From contig CDROCS010006706.1 of assembly GCA_977020255.1 (NCBI GenBank), positions 1-64,000 on the forward strand: a DNA stretch of 64,000 bases, written 5' to 3'. This document shows positions 50,876 to 61,756 of this stretch, in pieces (the stretch's first letter is position 1; each line of letters begins with the position of its first letter). The notes under the pieces are model-generated. The model was not told the origin of the DNA. It was given only the letters and a program-made list of their open reading frames with translations, and ran no database searches. Source of the stretch: Obrimoposthia wandeli (taxonomy: Eukaryota). A program made the translations under genes and the position numbers.

Positions 50876-53458
50876 ATGCATCCAGAAAAATTCACAGCTA
50901 AATTACAACAATCAATCGCCGCCGCACAAGCATTGGCGTCCTCCCATAACCATACACAAATAGAACCGTTGCACTTGTTAGCTATATTTATTCAAGAGCA
51001 GGGGAGTAGCATCAATGCGCTGTTATCAAGATTAATAGATTTATCCCAGTTAGAGCAGCAAGTTGTCAGTGCACTGCAGGATTTACCACGCTTACAAAAT
51101 AGCACTGATGATTTACGCTTATCCCAAAACTGTAGCCGCTTGTTTACACACGCTGAAAAACTCGCACAGCAAAGAGGAGATGAATATCTTGCGACAGAAA
51201 TAGTATTGCTCGCGATGCTTGAGGATAAAAGTGGTACGGCTAAATTATTAAAGAAGTCTGAGTTAAACAGTGTAAATTTACAGCGCGAAATAGATGCGCT
51301 TAGAGCAGGTGAAAGTGTGAAAGATAGCAATGCCGAAGAAAACCGTGAATCATTAGAAAAATACTGTATCGATCTAACTGAACTTGCCAAACAGGGAAAA
51401 TTAGACCCTGTGATTGGGCGTGATGATGAAATACGTCGTACTATTCAAGTACTGCAACGACGCACAAAAAATAATCCAGTATTAATAGGTGAGCCAGGTG
51501 TTGGTAAAACGGCGATTGTCGAAGGTTTGGCGCAACGTATTGTTAATTCAGAAGTCCCTGAAGGCTTAAAACACAAACAAGTGCTTTCCCTTGATATGGG
51601 GGCTTTAATCGCCGGAGCTAAGTTTCGTGGGGAGTTTGAAGAACGTCTTAAGTCTGTTTTAAAAGAGCTTTCAAAGGCACAAGGGCAAATTATTTTATTC
51701 ATTGACGAACTACACACTATGGTTGGCGCTGGTGGTGGAGAAGGGGCAATGGATGCTGGTAATATGCTAAAGCCTGCTCTAGCAAGAGGTGATTTACACT
51801 GTGTCGGTGCAACAACTCTAGATGAATATCGCAAACATGTAGAAAAGGATGCAGCATTAGAGCGTCGCTTCCAAAAGGTGTTAGTAGATCAGCCAGATGA
51901 GCAAAGTACTGTTGCCATTTTGCGAGGGCTGAAAGGGCGCTATGAAGTGCATCATGGGGTTGATATTACAGACTCGGCAATCATTGCTGCTGCAAAGCTA
52001 TCCCAGCGTTATATTACAGACAGGCAGCTACCTGATAAAGCGATTGACCTAATTGATGAAGCGGCTTCAGGTATTCGTTTAGAAATGGATTCAAAGCCTG
52101 AAGAATTGGATAAGTTAGAGCGTAAAATTATTCAGCTTAAAATGGAGCGTGAAGCACTTAAAAAAGAGCGCGATAGCGCTGCAAAACAGCGCTTAACATT
52201 ATTGCTTGGTCGCATTAGTGAATTAGAAAAAACCTTTGCTGATTTAGAAGAAGTTTGGGTCGCTGAAAAAGCAGTCTTTCAAAGAGCTCAGCAGATTAAA
52301 GAGCAACTCGATCAGGCGCGCATTGAAATGGAGCAAGCGAGCCGAGCGGGTGACTTAAATAAGATGTCCGAAATTCAATATGGTTTAATTCCAGATTTAG
52401 AAAAGCAGTTAGTGGTTGCCGCTGAAGCCGAGAAAAATGCTGAGCAACACAATAAATTGCTACGCAACAAAGTTGACGAAGAAGAAATTGCCGAGGTTGT
52501 CTCGCGCTGGACAGGTATTCCAGTGCATAAAATGCTTGAAGGTGAGCGTGAGAAATTATTGGCAATGGAAGCAGAGTTGCAAAAAAGTGTAATAGGGCAA
52601 AGCGAAGCAGTTGCTGCTGTCGCGAATGCGGTTAGGCGCTCGAAGGCTGGTTTAGCAGACCCTAATCGCCCTAACGGTAGTTTTCTCTTTTTGGGCCCAA
52701 CGGGAGTTGGTAAAACAGAGCTATGCAAAACATTAGCGCATTATCTATTTGATACCAAAGAAGCAATGGTGCGTATCGATATGTCTGAGTTTATGGAAAA
52801 ACATTCAGTTGCACGATTAATAGGCGCACCGCCGGGTTATGTAGGTTATGAGGAGGGGGGATATTTAACTGAAGCTGTTCGGCGCAAGCCCTATTCAGTG
52901 TTACTGTTAGATGAAGTGGAGAAAGCACACCCTGATGTATTTAATATATTGCTACAAGTGCTTGAAGATGGGCGATTAACTGATGGGCAAGGGCGCACTG
53001 TTGATTTTAGAAATACTATCATAGTGATGACTTCCAACTTAGGTTCGCACCTTATTCAAAACTTTAACACTGCTGATGATTACCAAGTAATGAAAAGTGC
53101 AGTGATGGATGAGGTTTTAAAGCATTTCAGGCCTGAAGTAGTTAATCGCATTGACGAAGTCGTTGTTTTCCAAAGCTTGGATAAAAGTGAAGTGGCGCAA
53201 ATTGCCACTATTCAGTTAGCTAACTTGCAACAACGATTAGCTGAAAAAGAGCTCAGTATGCAGTTTTCCGAAGAGGCGCTACGCAAATTAGTTGATCTAG
53301 GTTACGAGCCTGTATATGGTGCTAGGCCGTTAAAGCGCGCGATACAACAGTGGATTGAAAATCCTCTAGCACAAGCATTGTTGGCAGGTGAGTTCTTACC
53401 TAAATCTAACATACAGGTAGATTTAGAGCAGGGAGAGTTTTGCTTTAAAACACTGTAA
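50876..53458 (+). CDS. clpB: Disaggregase ClpB
   Basis: Two AAA+ modules ([16 protein letters not shown]), middle coiled coil, GARPLKR. Confidence 0.97.
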   Translation: MHPEKFTAKLQQSIAAAQALASSHNHTQIEPLHLLAIFIQEQGSSINALLSRLIDLSQLEQQVVSALQDLPRLQNSTDDLRLSQNCSRLFTHAEKLAQQRGDEYLATEIVLLAMLEDKSGTAKLLKKSELNSVNLQREIDALRAGESVKDSNAEENRESLEKYCIDLTELAKQGKLDPVIGRDDEIRRTIQVLQRRTKNNPVLIGEPGVGKTAIVEGLAQRIVNSEVPEGLKHKQVLSLDMGALIAGAKFRGEFEERLKSVLKELSKAQGQIILFIDELHTMVGAGGGEGAMDAGNMLKPALARGDLHCVGATTLDEYRKHVEKDAALERRFQKVLVDQPDEQSTVAILRGLKGRYEVHHGVDITDSAIIAAAKLSQRYITDRQLPDKAIDLIDEAASGIRLEMDSKPEELDKLERKIIQLKMEREALKKERDSAAKQRLTLLLGRISELEKTFADLEEVWVAEKAVFQRAQQIKEQLDQARIEMEQASRAGDLNKMSEIQYGLIPDLEKQLVVAAEAEKNAEQHNKLLRNKVDEEEIAEVVSRWTGIPVHKMLEGEREKLLAMEAELQKSVIGQSEAVAAVANAVRRSKAGLADPNRPNGSFLFLGPTGVGKTELCKTLAHYLFDTKEAMVRIDMSEFMEKHSVARLIGAPPGYVGYEEGGYLTEAVRRKPYSVLLLDEVEKAHPDVFNILLQVLEDGRLTDGQGRTVDFRNTIIVMTSNLGSHLIQNFNTADDYQVMKSAVMDEVLKHFRPEVVNRIDEVVVFQSLDKSEVAQIATIQLANLQQRLAEKELSMQFSEEALRKLVDLGYEPVYGARPLKRAIQQWIENPLAQALLAGEFLPKSNIQVDLEQGEFCFKTL

Positions 53459-53469
53459 ATGATGAAAGT

Positions 53470-53503
53470 AATAGTGAGTACTTATTCTCAAGTGCTCACT
53501 ATT
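53470..53503 (+). terminator. Hairpin after clpB
   Basis: AATAGTGAGTACT...AGTGCTCACTATT. Confidence 0.6.
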
Positions 53504-53735
53504 ATGAAGCTTTAACGTAACTAATTCTTAGGGCATTATAACTGAGTTCAAAGTTTATTTACGGCCGTCATCTCCGCTATTCACAGATTTTCTCCTTGCC
53601 TTACTTATCCCTGAATACGTTTTACAGAGGTATCATTATGCAATATAGCCTGTTTGTTTGTCGTTTTTTGAAACTAAAATCAGTAAATTAACGTAATAAA
53701 TGAAACATACAATTTACTTTGATTTGGAAATATAA

Positions 53736-54293
53736 ATGCAGTTGGCCAGTGATGAAATTAGTGTTATCGATAACTTAATAGAACAATTGAAAAATTGCTC
53801 AGATGATCCACAACGCATCCAATTGATTGCACAATTAAAAATTAGCCTCAGTGATTTGGGGGCTTATCATTACTTTGGTGACCAAAGCTATGGCCGTAAT
53901 TTGATCTTCAGCAATGACGATTTTGAAGTAATATTAATGTGCTGGAGTCCCGGGCAAGGTACCATTGTGCACGATCATAGTGAATCACTGTGTGTAATGC
54001 AGTGTGTGGTAGGTGAGTTGGATGAACAGCGTTATATTGAGCAATCTAACAAAGAGGAAGCGAAATTTAAAATAAAGCCCTTGCAGATGAGTAAATTAAC
54101 CAGCGGTGAAACTTGTTCAATAACAGATCAAGATGGCCTGCACAGTATTAAGAACAGCTCAACTAGCGCGGCTTGTAGCTTACACTTTTATTTTCCCCCT
54201 ATTCATAACGTCACTTTGTATAACTTGCAAGAAGGTGTGAAAAAGACGGTATCAGGCGTATTTACCAGTGAATATGGTGTTCTAAAGCATTAG
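53736..54293 (+). CDS. Cysteine dioxygenase family protein, Arg-type, eukaryote-like
   Basis: YGRNLI, CWSPGQG, HDHSESLC, GLH, SLHFYFPP, FTSEYG. Confidence 0.88.
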   Translation: MQLASDEISVIDNLIEQLKNCSDDPQRIQLIAQLKISLSDLGAYHYFGDQSYGRNLIFSNDDFEVILMCWSPGQGTIVHDHSESLCVMQCVVGELDEQRYIEQSNKEEAKFKIKPLQMSKLTSGETCSITDQDGLHSIKNSSTSAACSLHFYFPPIHNVTLYNLQEGVKKTVSGVFTSEYGVLKH

Positions 54294-54433
54294 TGTCCAG
54301 TTTAATTTTTGTTGTTCTTTAACTCATTGATTTTAAGCTAACCATAGGAACTATTTGGCTGAAAAACCCCGATTAACTATGTTGGAAACCCACAAATCAA
54401 TGAGTTAGAGAGCTTGTTTTTTTAACCAGGCAA
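54291..54433 (+). mobile_element. MITE-like repeat family 2, copy B
   Basis: TA|GTGTCCAGTT start overlapping the CDO stop codon; perfect 13-bp internal dyad AACTCATTGATTT...AAATCAATGAGTT; colinear with 9028-9167. Confidence 0.7.
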
Positions 54434-54674
54434 CAATGGTTCTAAAGTAAATTTATTGTAACGTGCTATTTACGCGAATTTTTGAGTAAATAAGTAATAA
54501 ATTACTAATGCTAATAACAAGGATTATTTCTTACACTTACAGCGAGATGTAATTTTTATATACAGTTTCTTTTCAAATACCTTCTAAGTAAGAATCGGCG
54601 ATTATTCTAATACAGTAGATGATAAAAACACTTAGGCTGTTAAAATAAGCTTTTTCATTCTGTGTTAAATCGAG

Positions 54675-55520
54675 GTGCTCTTGTTAAGTTATCAACACAG
54701 CTATCATGCTGGAAATTTTGCCGATGTACACAAACATCTCACGCTATCACTTATTCTTGAATCATTAAATAAGAAAGCCAAGCCTTGGAGTTACTTTGAA
54801 ACGCATGCAGGTATTGCACGCTATGAGCTAAACGGTGAACAAGCGATTAAAACAAATGAGTTTAAGCAGGGTATTGAGCTTATTTATGCGAAGAAGCTGC
54901 CTAGATTTTGTGCTGCATATATCGATGAGATTAAAGCACTTAACATTGGGCAAGACAGCTTGAACTATTATCCCGGCTCTCCTTGGCTAGCGAAATCTGC
55001 ACTTAGAGAAGAGGATAAAATTGCGCTCATGGAGTTACACCCAAGCGAATTTGAAAAACTCAAAGCTGTATTTAACAGAGAACCGAATGTTGCAGTACAT
55101 CACAGAGATGGCTATGAAGGGGTTTTAAGTTTATTACCGCCAAAACCCAACAGAGGCGCTGTATTGATCGACCCGTCATATGAAGTAAAAACGGAATATT
55201 TACAAGTAGTTAAATTCATAGAAAAAGCTTATCAACGTTGGAGTAATGGCTGTTTTGCTATTTGGTATCCACTGTTAAAAGCAGGTAATCACCGAGACAT
55301 GCTGCATAAGCTGAAGCGCTCTGGAATACGTAATATTTTACAAGCTGAGCTATATGTTAAAAGTGAAACTGATGAGCGAATGTATGGTAGCGGCATGTTG
55401 TTAATTAATCCGCCTTGGCAGCTAGATCAACAATTAGGGCAACTTAGTGAAGTATTGTTTCGTCACTTGGCTGATGAAGATGCACAAAAGCCTAAAGTTG
55501 AATGGTTAGTTGCAGAATAA
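54675..55520 (+). CDS. rlmJ: 23S rRNA m6A2030 methyltransferase
   Basis: LSYQHSYHAGNFADVHKH, YPGSP, LIDPSYE, NPPW. Confidence 0.95.
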   Translation: MLLLSYQHSYHAGNFADVHKHLTLSLILESLNKKAKPWSYFETHAGIARYELNGEQAIKTNEFKQGIELIYAKKLPRFCAAYIDEIKALNIGQDSLNYYPGSPWLAKSALREEDKIALMELHPSEFEKLKAVFNREPNVAVHHRDGYEGVLSLLPPKPNRGAVLIDPSYEVKTEYLQVVKFIEKAYQRWSNGCFAIWYPLLKAGNHRDMLHKLKRSGIRNILQAELYVKSETDERMYGSGMLLINPPWQLDQQLGQLSEVLFRHLADEDAQKPKVEWLVAE

Positions 55521-55574
55521 GCGGCTCCAGAAGTAATAGTTGAAGAACCACTAAAAGCAGGTTTAAAAATTGCG

Positions 55575-55602
55575 AAAAAAACGGGCCAATGCCCGTTTTT
55601 TT
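55575..55602. terminator. Bidirectional terminator rlmJ / hypothetical gene
   Basis: AAAAAAACGGGC-caat-GCCCGTTTTTTT. Confidence 0.88.
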
Positions 55603-55629
55603 GTGCCATATTAAATGTAATGCATTTGA

Positions 55630-55896
55630 TTAATACAGTGCGGTAGCATCTTTAGCCATATCAATTAATAAATCTAGAAATAACTTGTCTGCTTCTGAAT
55701 GCTCAACAGGTATTTTTACATTTGTTAATGCTGAAAGCTCATCGGCAATTAATACGCGAGCGTTGTTATCATGAACATGCTTGGCTGCAATTTCCATGGC
55801 AATAACACATATTTCTGGCTCTGAAAAAATCTTGCGAATAACAAGCGTTAGTTCGGTAATAGCACGTTCTTTATTGATTACATCTGCACTTAACAT
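55630..55896 (-). CDS. Small hypothetical protein (88 aa)
   Basis: AGGAG RBS 7 nt before ATG; own terminator; no family recognised. Confidence 0.7.
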   Translation of the reverse strand: MLSADVINKERAITELTLVIRKIFSEPEICVIAMEIAAKHVHDNNARVLIADELSALTNVKIPVEHSEADKLFLDLLIDMAKDATALY

Positions 55897-56101
55897 GGTT
55901 GTCTCCTAAATAGATATTAGCCAAATATACCGCTGTATTGGCGCTGACGCATCTGAATATTAAAAAATAGTGAAATTATCTGAATGTTTGCTGCTTTTTT
56001 CGCCTTTTCACTTTGTAGATTGGTTGAATAGCACTAGGCAAAATGCGAAAATATTTTCCTTATTTTTGGTTTAACTAAAAATAGTCGTTCACTTGTATCT
56101 A

Positions 56102-56340
56102 TTAGGTAACCCCGAACGGTTTAAAGTGAAAAAGCAAACCCAGCTTAGTCCAGAAGTCTGTTGGTAGAGAAGATCCTCTTACCTTCATTCATACGAACGT
56201 GGTACTTAAAGGTAGCAATGAGGTTACCTAAATTGATGGAAATTCCGTCACTGTAAAGTTGGCGTAACAACGCACAGCAGCAGTCATGTTCTTCCTACAG
56301 AATCTCTGAACTTTTTCATTCGCCGAGTTTGACGGCGACG
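56102..56340 (+). promoter_or_regulatory. Structured 5' leader of ilvI (candidate cis-regulatory RNA)
   Basis: TTAGGTAACC/GGTTACCTAA 10-bp long-range stem, inner hairpins, overlapping alternative stems next to the RBS. Confidence 0.45.
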
Positions 56341-56357
56341 ATTTGAGGGTAAATAAA

Positions 56358-58079
56358 GTGGAATTATTATCAGGCGCACAAATACTGATTCGCGCCTTGC
56401 AAGATCAAGGTATTAAAAAAATATACGGATACCCAGGTGGCTCTGTATTACACATTTACGATGCACTGTTTCAACAAGATGCAATCGAGCACATATTAGT
56501 TCGCCATGAGCAAGCAGCGACACATATGGCAGATGCTTATGCACGTGCTACCGGTAAAGCAGGCGTGGCATTAGTCACTTCAGGTCCAGGTGCGACCAAT
56601 GCTATTACAGGTATTGCTACTGCATACACTGATTCAATTCCTATGGTGGTTATTACGGGCCAAGTGCCTAGCCATCTTATTGGTGAAGATGCTTTTCAAG
56701 AAACAGACATGATAGGTATTTCACGACCAGTGGTTAAACACAGCTTTACGGTGAAGCACCCTTCAGAAATTGCTGAAATCATTAAAAAAGCGTTTCATAT
56801 AGCTGAATCTGGTCGCCCAGGTCCTGTTGTTATTGATGTGCCTAAGGATATGACTAACCCAACCGATAGATTTGAGTATGTTTATCCTAAATCAGTCAAA
56901 ATGCGCTCTTATAATCCTGTATCTAAAGGACATAGCGGCCAAATCAAGAAAGCTTTTGATTTACTGATGAATGCTAAAAGACCAATCCTTTATACAGGTG
57001 GCGGTGTTTTGATTGGTCGTGCTTGTGAAGAGTTAGTTGAATTAGCACAAGCGCTAAATTATCCAGTGACCAATACTTTAATGGGCTTGGGTGGATATCC
57101 AGGTACAGATCGTCAGTTCGTGGGTATGCTAGGTATGCACGGTAGCTATGAAGCTAACATGACGATGCATCACAGTGATTTGATTTTGGCGGTTGGAGTA
57201 CGTTTTGATGATCGCGTGACTAACGGTTTGGATAAATTCTGCCCTACGGCAAAAATTATTCACATTGATATAGATCCTACATCAATCTCCAAAAATGTAA
57301 GAGCTGATGTACCTATCGTTGGGCCTGCTAAAGTCGTATTGCAAGATTTTTTAAAGCAGCTTAAAGCCAGTAAAGCTAAGCCAGATGCACAGGCATTAGA
57401 GACTTGGTGGAAGCAGATAGATGAGTGGCGTACTCGCCATGGTGGTCGTTATGAAATTAATGACTCCGAACTCATGAAGCCACAGCAAGTGATTGAAATG
57501 CTGAGCAAGGTCACTAATGGTGACGCTTACGTCTGTTCTGATGTTGGTCAACATCAGATGTTTGCAGCGCAGTATTACAAGTTTAATAAGCCTAACCGCT
57601 GGATTAATTCAGGTGGGCTTGGAACAATGGGATTTGGTTTCCCTGCGGCAATGGGCGTGAAATTGAATTTCCCTGATGCCGATGTAGCTTGCGTTACGGG
57701 TGAAGGCAGTATTCAAATGAATATTCAAGAGCTATCAACTTGTAACCAATACAATATTCCTGTGAAAATCATTTGCTTGAATAATGGATCTCTTGGAATG
57801 GTGCGTCAATGGCAAGATATGAACTATGAATCGCGCCACTCGCATTCTTATATGGAATCACTACCTGATTTTGTAAAGTTAGCTGAATCTTATGGTCACG
57901 TGGGTATTCGTGTTGAAAAGTACGAAGATCTCGAAGAAGCGATGCGTAAAGCTTTTGCCATGAAAGATAAGTTAGTCTTTATGGATATAAAGATAGATCC
58001 ATCTGAGCACGTTTATCCAATGCAGATTCCCCGCGGTGCCATGCGGGATATGTTGCTTTCTAAAACGGAGAGGACATAA
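56358..58079 (+). CDS. ilvI: Acetolactate synthase large subunit
   Basis: [41 protein letters not shown]; GTG start 56358. Confidence 0.96.
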   Translation: MELLSGAQILIRALQDQGIKKIYGYPGGSVLHIYDALFQQDAIEHILVRHEQAATHMADAYARATGKAGVALVTSGPGATNAITGIATAYTDSIPMVVITGQVPSHLIGEDAFQETDMIGISRPVVKHSFTVKHPSEIAEIIKKAFHIAESGRPGPVVIDVPKDMTNPTDRFEYVYPKSVKMRSYNPVSKGHSGQIKKAFDLLMNAKRPILYTGGGVLIGRACEELVELAQALNYPVTNTLMGLGGYPGTDRQFVGMLGMHGSYEANMTMHHSDLILAVGVRFDDRVTNGLDKFCPTAKIIHIDIDPTSISKNVRADVPIVGPAKVVLQDFLKQLKASKAKPDAQALETWWKQIDEWRTRHGGRYEINDSELMKPQQVIEMLSKVTNGDAYVCSDVGQHQMFAAQYYKFNKPNRWINSGGLGTMGFGFPAAMGVKLNFPDADVACVTGEGSIQMNIQELSTCNQYNIPVKIICLNNGSLGMVRQWQDMNYESRHSHSYMESLPDFVKLAESYGHVGIRVEKYEDLEEAMRKAFAMKDKLVFMDIKIDPSEHVYPMQIPRGAMRDMLLSKTERT

Positions 58080-58081
58080 TT

Positions 58082-58573
58082 ATGCGTCATATTCTATCGG
58101 TATTATTGGAAAATGAACCTGGTTCTTTATCGCGTGTGGTTGGTTTGTTCTCGCAACGTAACTTTAACATCGAGTCATTAACCGTTGCTGCAACAGATGA
58201 TGAAACGCTTTCACGTATTACTATCACCACTTCAGGTGTTGATAAAGTAGTGGAGCAGATCACTAAGCAGTTAAACAAGTTAGTGGATGTGGTAAAAGTT
58301 GTTGATTTGACGGAAGGCGATCACATTGAGCGTGAGCTAATGATGATCAAATATAAAGCTACTGGTGCGGCGCGCGATGAAATCAAGCGAACAGCAGATA
58401 TTTTTAGAGGTCAGATCATCGATATCACCCCTAGTACCTATGTGGTGCAGCTGGTGGGATCGAGTAGCAAGTTAGACGCGTTTATTGAAGCGTTAGGTAC
58501 AGCAAACTTAATTGAAGTTGTACGTACTGGCGTTTCTGGTATTGCTCGCGGTGAAAAAGTACTAAGTGTTTAA
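58082..58573 (+). CDS. ilvH: Acetolactate synthase small subunit
   Basis: MRHILSVLLENEPGSLSRVVGLFSQRNFNIESL. Confidence 0.97.
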   Translation: MRHILSVLLENEPGSLSRVVGLFSQRNFNIESLTVAATDDETLSRITITTSGVDKVVEQITKQLNKLVDVVKVVDLTEGDHIERELMMIKYKATGAARDEIKRTADIFRGQIIDITPSTYVVQLVGSSSKLDAFIEALGTANLIEVVRTGVSGIARGEKVLSV

Positions 58574-58616
58574 TTGCGTGTAATTTTAAACATTACTTAA
58601 GCAATGTTTGAAATAT

Positions 58617-58652
58617 AAAAAAGCCTTAGTCATTTGATTAGGGCTTTTTTTT
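58617..58652. terminator. Bidirectional terminator after ilvH
   Basis: AAAAAAGCCTTAGTCA-tt-TGATTAGGGCTTTTTTTT. Confidence 0.85.
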
Positions 58653-58671
58653 GCTTAACTTTTCAAAGCTG

Positions 58672-59448
58672 TTACATACGTCCGTAAAAAGTCATTCTAG
58701 CGGATTCAGATAGCGCGACATCAGGCTGAGAGTTATAAGCTAATACAACTAGCATTCTTGTCGTATCTCCCTGGGTAGGCGTAACTCTATGCATGGCGTT
58801 CCTGCCACGAAATAAAGAAAGTGTACCCGCTTGAGCTTGTAGTGTTCTAACAGCTGTTTTGCCTGATAGCACATCTGTAACCCCTGAGTAATTCATTTCG
58901 CCTTTATCGGCATCTCGCAGGTTTTCAACATATTCAAAATCACCTCCTGCTAGCGGTGGTTGAAGCAGTAATGTAATGGCAAAAGATGATTCATCAAAAT
59001 GCCAGCCGAGCTCTTGGCCTTCACTGGCGTAATGCAAATTGATTGAAGATAGTTTGTCAGCATAATTATGTAGTTGTTGCTCACCAAAAATTTTTGCTAA
59101 AAAAGTGCGAAATATCGGCGAATCATAAAGTGTTCTCAAAGGAGAATCTTCAGGTATTTGATCGTCGGTAATACAGCCCTTTGAGGAGTTTACTAATAGA
59201 TTGCGCACGTGATCAACAGAGAAACTAGGATCGCTTTCTTTTAAGTAAACGTTATGGCGGCTGGTGGAATAAAAAGCCAAATGCTGATTATCTATTCCTT
59301 CAGTAACAACTTTCTCAATCGCCTTAGGCGTTAAAAAGTCCTTTAATACTAAAGCACCTGTTGTATCCAATTGCTGTTTGCATTGATCAGTGAATGCACA
59401 GTCATCGATAGGATAACTCTCTAAATGTACAATATTATTAAATTGCAT
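58672..59448 (-). CDS. Fe(II)/2OG oxygenase resembling the BesD/HalD-like family, with HxD (hydroxylase-type) motif
   Basis: ELGWHFD, GGDFEY, AGTLSLFRG..AMHRVTP, RMLVVLAY. Confidence 0.72.
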   Translation of the reverse strand: MQFNNIVHLESYPIDDCAFTDQCKQQLDTTGALVLKDFLTPKAIEKVVTEGIDNQHLAFYSTSRHNVYLKESDPSFSVDHVRNLLVNSSKGCITDDQIPEDSPLRTLYDSPIFRTFLAKIFGEQQLHNYADKLSSINLHYASEGQELGWHFDESSFAITLLLQPPLAGGDFEYVENLRDADKGEMNYSGVTDVLSGKTAVRTLQAQAGTLSLFRGRNAMHRVTPTQGDTTRMLVVLAYNSQPDVALSESARMTFYGRM

Positions 59449-59527
59449 TACTTGGTCCTTATCATTATTTAGGTAAGAATAAGTAATGACAAAACGATTT
59501 GAAAGCGATAGTTTCTATCGTTTGTCG

Positions 59528-59540
59528 TAAGTAAAACTTA
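59528..59540. promoter_or_regulatory. LysR T-N11-A box
   Basis: TAAG-taaaa-CTTA in the divergent spacer between the oxygenase and the GcvA-like regulator. Confidence 0.6.
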
Positions 59541-59564
59541 ATAATAATTATCAAGGCTTAAATT

Positions 59565-60473
59565 GTGAATAGCAGACTTCCTCCTCTAGGTGCATTACTT
59601 GCATTTGAAAGTGCAGCGCAATCAACGAGTTTTGCCAGTGCTGCAAAGAAACTTTTCGTCACACCAGCAGCGGTAAGTCAGCAGATTCGGTTATTGGAAG
59701 AACAGCTACAAGTTGTATTATTTGATCGATCAAAATCTGGAGTAAAGTTAACTAGGGCAGGTGAGCGCTATTTAATTTTTGTAAGCAAAGCGTTTGAGGA
59801 GCTTAGGTTAGGGCAGCAACAGCTAGAACAGTTTAGCAATCAGCATGTACTCACTATTTCTGCACTGCCTTCAGTGGCTCAAAAATGGTTAATGCCGTTA
59901 GTTTTGCAGTGGATGGATCTAAATCCTTTAATGGAAATTCGGGTTGAAGCTAGCCATAACAAAGTAAATTTCAATCACAGTGCGTGTGATATGTGTATTA
60001 GTTTTGGTGATGCGGGTTTTAACAATTTGTACAAAGAGCAGCTGTTGCTTGATAGCGTCACAATGGTATTAAGTCCCAAGCTTATTGCCAGCCAAGTATT
60101 AACAACAGATTTAGATGCAATAGTAACGCTACCTATGATCCATGTAGATTGGGGAGATGATAACGCCAATCTACCGCAATGGAATGATTGGTTAAATGCG
60201 GTATCAATGCAGAACAGTAAAATTCAAGTAGGTCCTCGGTTTAATCTATCTAGTATGGCGATTGATGCTGCTGTTCAAGGAAAAGGAATATTACTAGCGC
60301 AGCATTTATTAATTGAGCAGGAGCTAAAATCGGGGCTTTTAATAAGCCCTTGTGAAGTGAGTTTACCTTTAGGCGAGCCTTACTATTTAGTTTATCCACA
60401 GCGTAGTTTAGATAACCCACAAGCATGCGCTTTTATTGAGTGGATTAAAAAAAGCGTTAATAAACTCAACTAA
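59565..60473 (+). CDS. GcvA-type LysR regulator
   Basis: RLPPLGALLAFESAA, VTPAAVSQQIRLLE, AAVQGKGILLA. Confidence 0.92.
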   Translation: MNSRLPPLGALLAFESAAQSTSFASAAKKLFVTPAAVSQQIRLLEEQLQVVLFDRSKSGVKLTRAGERYLIFVSKAFEELRLGQQQLEQFSNQHVLTISALPSVAQKWLMPLVLQWMDLNPLMEIRVEASHNKVNFNHSACDMCISFGDAGFNNLYKEQLLLDSVTMVLSPKLIASQVLTTDLDAIVTLPMIHVDWGDDNANLPQWNDWLNAVSMQNSKIQVGPRFNLSSMAIDAAVQGKGILLAQHLLIEQELKSGLLISPCEVSLPLGEPYYLVYPQRSLDNPQACAFIEWIKKSVNKLN

Positions 60474-60494
60474 TATTAAGTGCTCAAAAAAGCG

Positions 60495-61385
60495 CTACTG
60501 CAATTTCCAAAATGCTTGGATAATTGGGTTTTTAAGTTTTTTCTCTAATGTAAACAAACCAATATTAAAAGGCGCTAATTTAACAGGTGGATTCACGACA
60601 GTAACTGACTCGCGAAGCGGGCTATTATTGAGTACTATTTGCGGCACAATACCTACTCCAAAACCTAAGCTTACCATGCTAACAATAGCTTCATTGCCCG
60701 CTACTTGCGCATATATTTTGGGTGTGACGCCAATATTGACAAACCAGTCGTTAATACTTTTTCTAGCCACACCTTGCTCAGATAAAATCATGGGGATTTG
60801 CTGCCAGCTTTGTTGCATTAATTCAGGAGATTGGGTGTTGGCCAAAGTAATTAAATGCTGGTTATCTCGAGGTGCAATAAACAATAATTCTGAGCTGGCC
60901 ACCGATTGAAAAGTAATGCCTTGCGGTAATTTTTCAGGTTTTGCTCCCATCGTTATATCTTCAATACCCGACATTGATTTTGCTAAAGCGTGCTCAGAAT
61001 CACCAGTATGTAATTTTAGTTCCACTTGTGGATATTTGATTCGAAATTTTCGTAATATGTCGTATAAAAAGCTATAACTTGCTGTAACTGAACAGTAAAC
61101 GCTAAGCTCACCACTTAAATTATGGCTGTTTTCTTGTAGTGATGAGCGGATAATATCCCACTGGTTTATCGTTTCATTCGCGTAGAGGATAAAATCTTTG
61201 CCAGCTTTAGTTAAAGTGACGCTGCGATTATCTCTCTCAAATAACTTTACGCCTAAGCTATCTTCTAGCTGCATAATATTTCGACTAAGAGCTGATACAC
61301 TAAGATGTGATACTTCACTAGCTCGCCCAAAGTGCAGGGTGTCAGCTAAATTTAAGAACAGTTTTAAATTTTTAGTATCCATCAC
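60495..61385 (-). CDS. ilvY: IlvY-type LysR activator
   Basis: LHFGRAS, FERDNRSVTLT, LSGELSVYCSVTASYS, IYAQVAGNEAIVSMVSLG, IIQAFW, all characteristic of IlvY. Confidence 0.87.
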   Translation of the reverse strand: MMDTKNLKLFLNLADTLHFGRASEVSHLSVSALSRNIMQLEDSLGVKLFERDNRSVTLTKAGKDFILYANETINQWDIIRSSLQENSHNLSGELSVYCSVTASYSFLYDILRKFRIKYPQVELKLHTGDSEHALAKSMSGIEDITMGAKPEKLPQGITFQSVASSELLFIAPRDNQHLITLANTQSPELMQQSWQQIPMILSEQGVARKSINDWFVNIGVTPKIYAQVAGNEAIVSMVSLGFGVGIVPQIVLNNSPLRESVTVVNPPVKLAPFNIGLFTLEKKLKNPIIQAFWKLQ

Positions 61386-61591
61386 ACAGCTCAGTTGAAA
61401 ATAAACAACATAGTATATTACTAGTAGCGAGAGCTAGCTAATACTAATCATCTGATATTTAGTAGCAACGCGCTGTATTATTGATTGAGGATGATGCAGC
61501 AAGCGTCATTTACCGGCTTGTTATGTGTTTTGTAGATACAGTTTTGAAATACTTGTTATTAAAGTAACGACCTATGGCCTTAATAAATAGC

Positions 61592-61756
61592 TAGTGCTCA
61601 TCCTGAAACGGGGTCGTCGCGAGAGCGTCCCAATGATTCAAGATACGTACTACTAGATATGGGCGTTTGGTTATTCCAAACAACTAGATCTAGTAGTACG
61701 TAGATTGAGTTAGTGAGGCGTTCGCAGTAGACATCCGTTTCTGGATGAATTTACTA
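61592..61756 (-). mobile_element. MITE-like repeat family 1, copy B (161 bp plus TA)
   Basis: Reverse complement of 2787-2949; empty site would be the palindrome TAGCTAGCTA; nested stems TACGTACTACTAGAT/ATCTAGTAGTACGTA and GTTTGG/CCAAAC. Confidence 0.85.
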
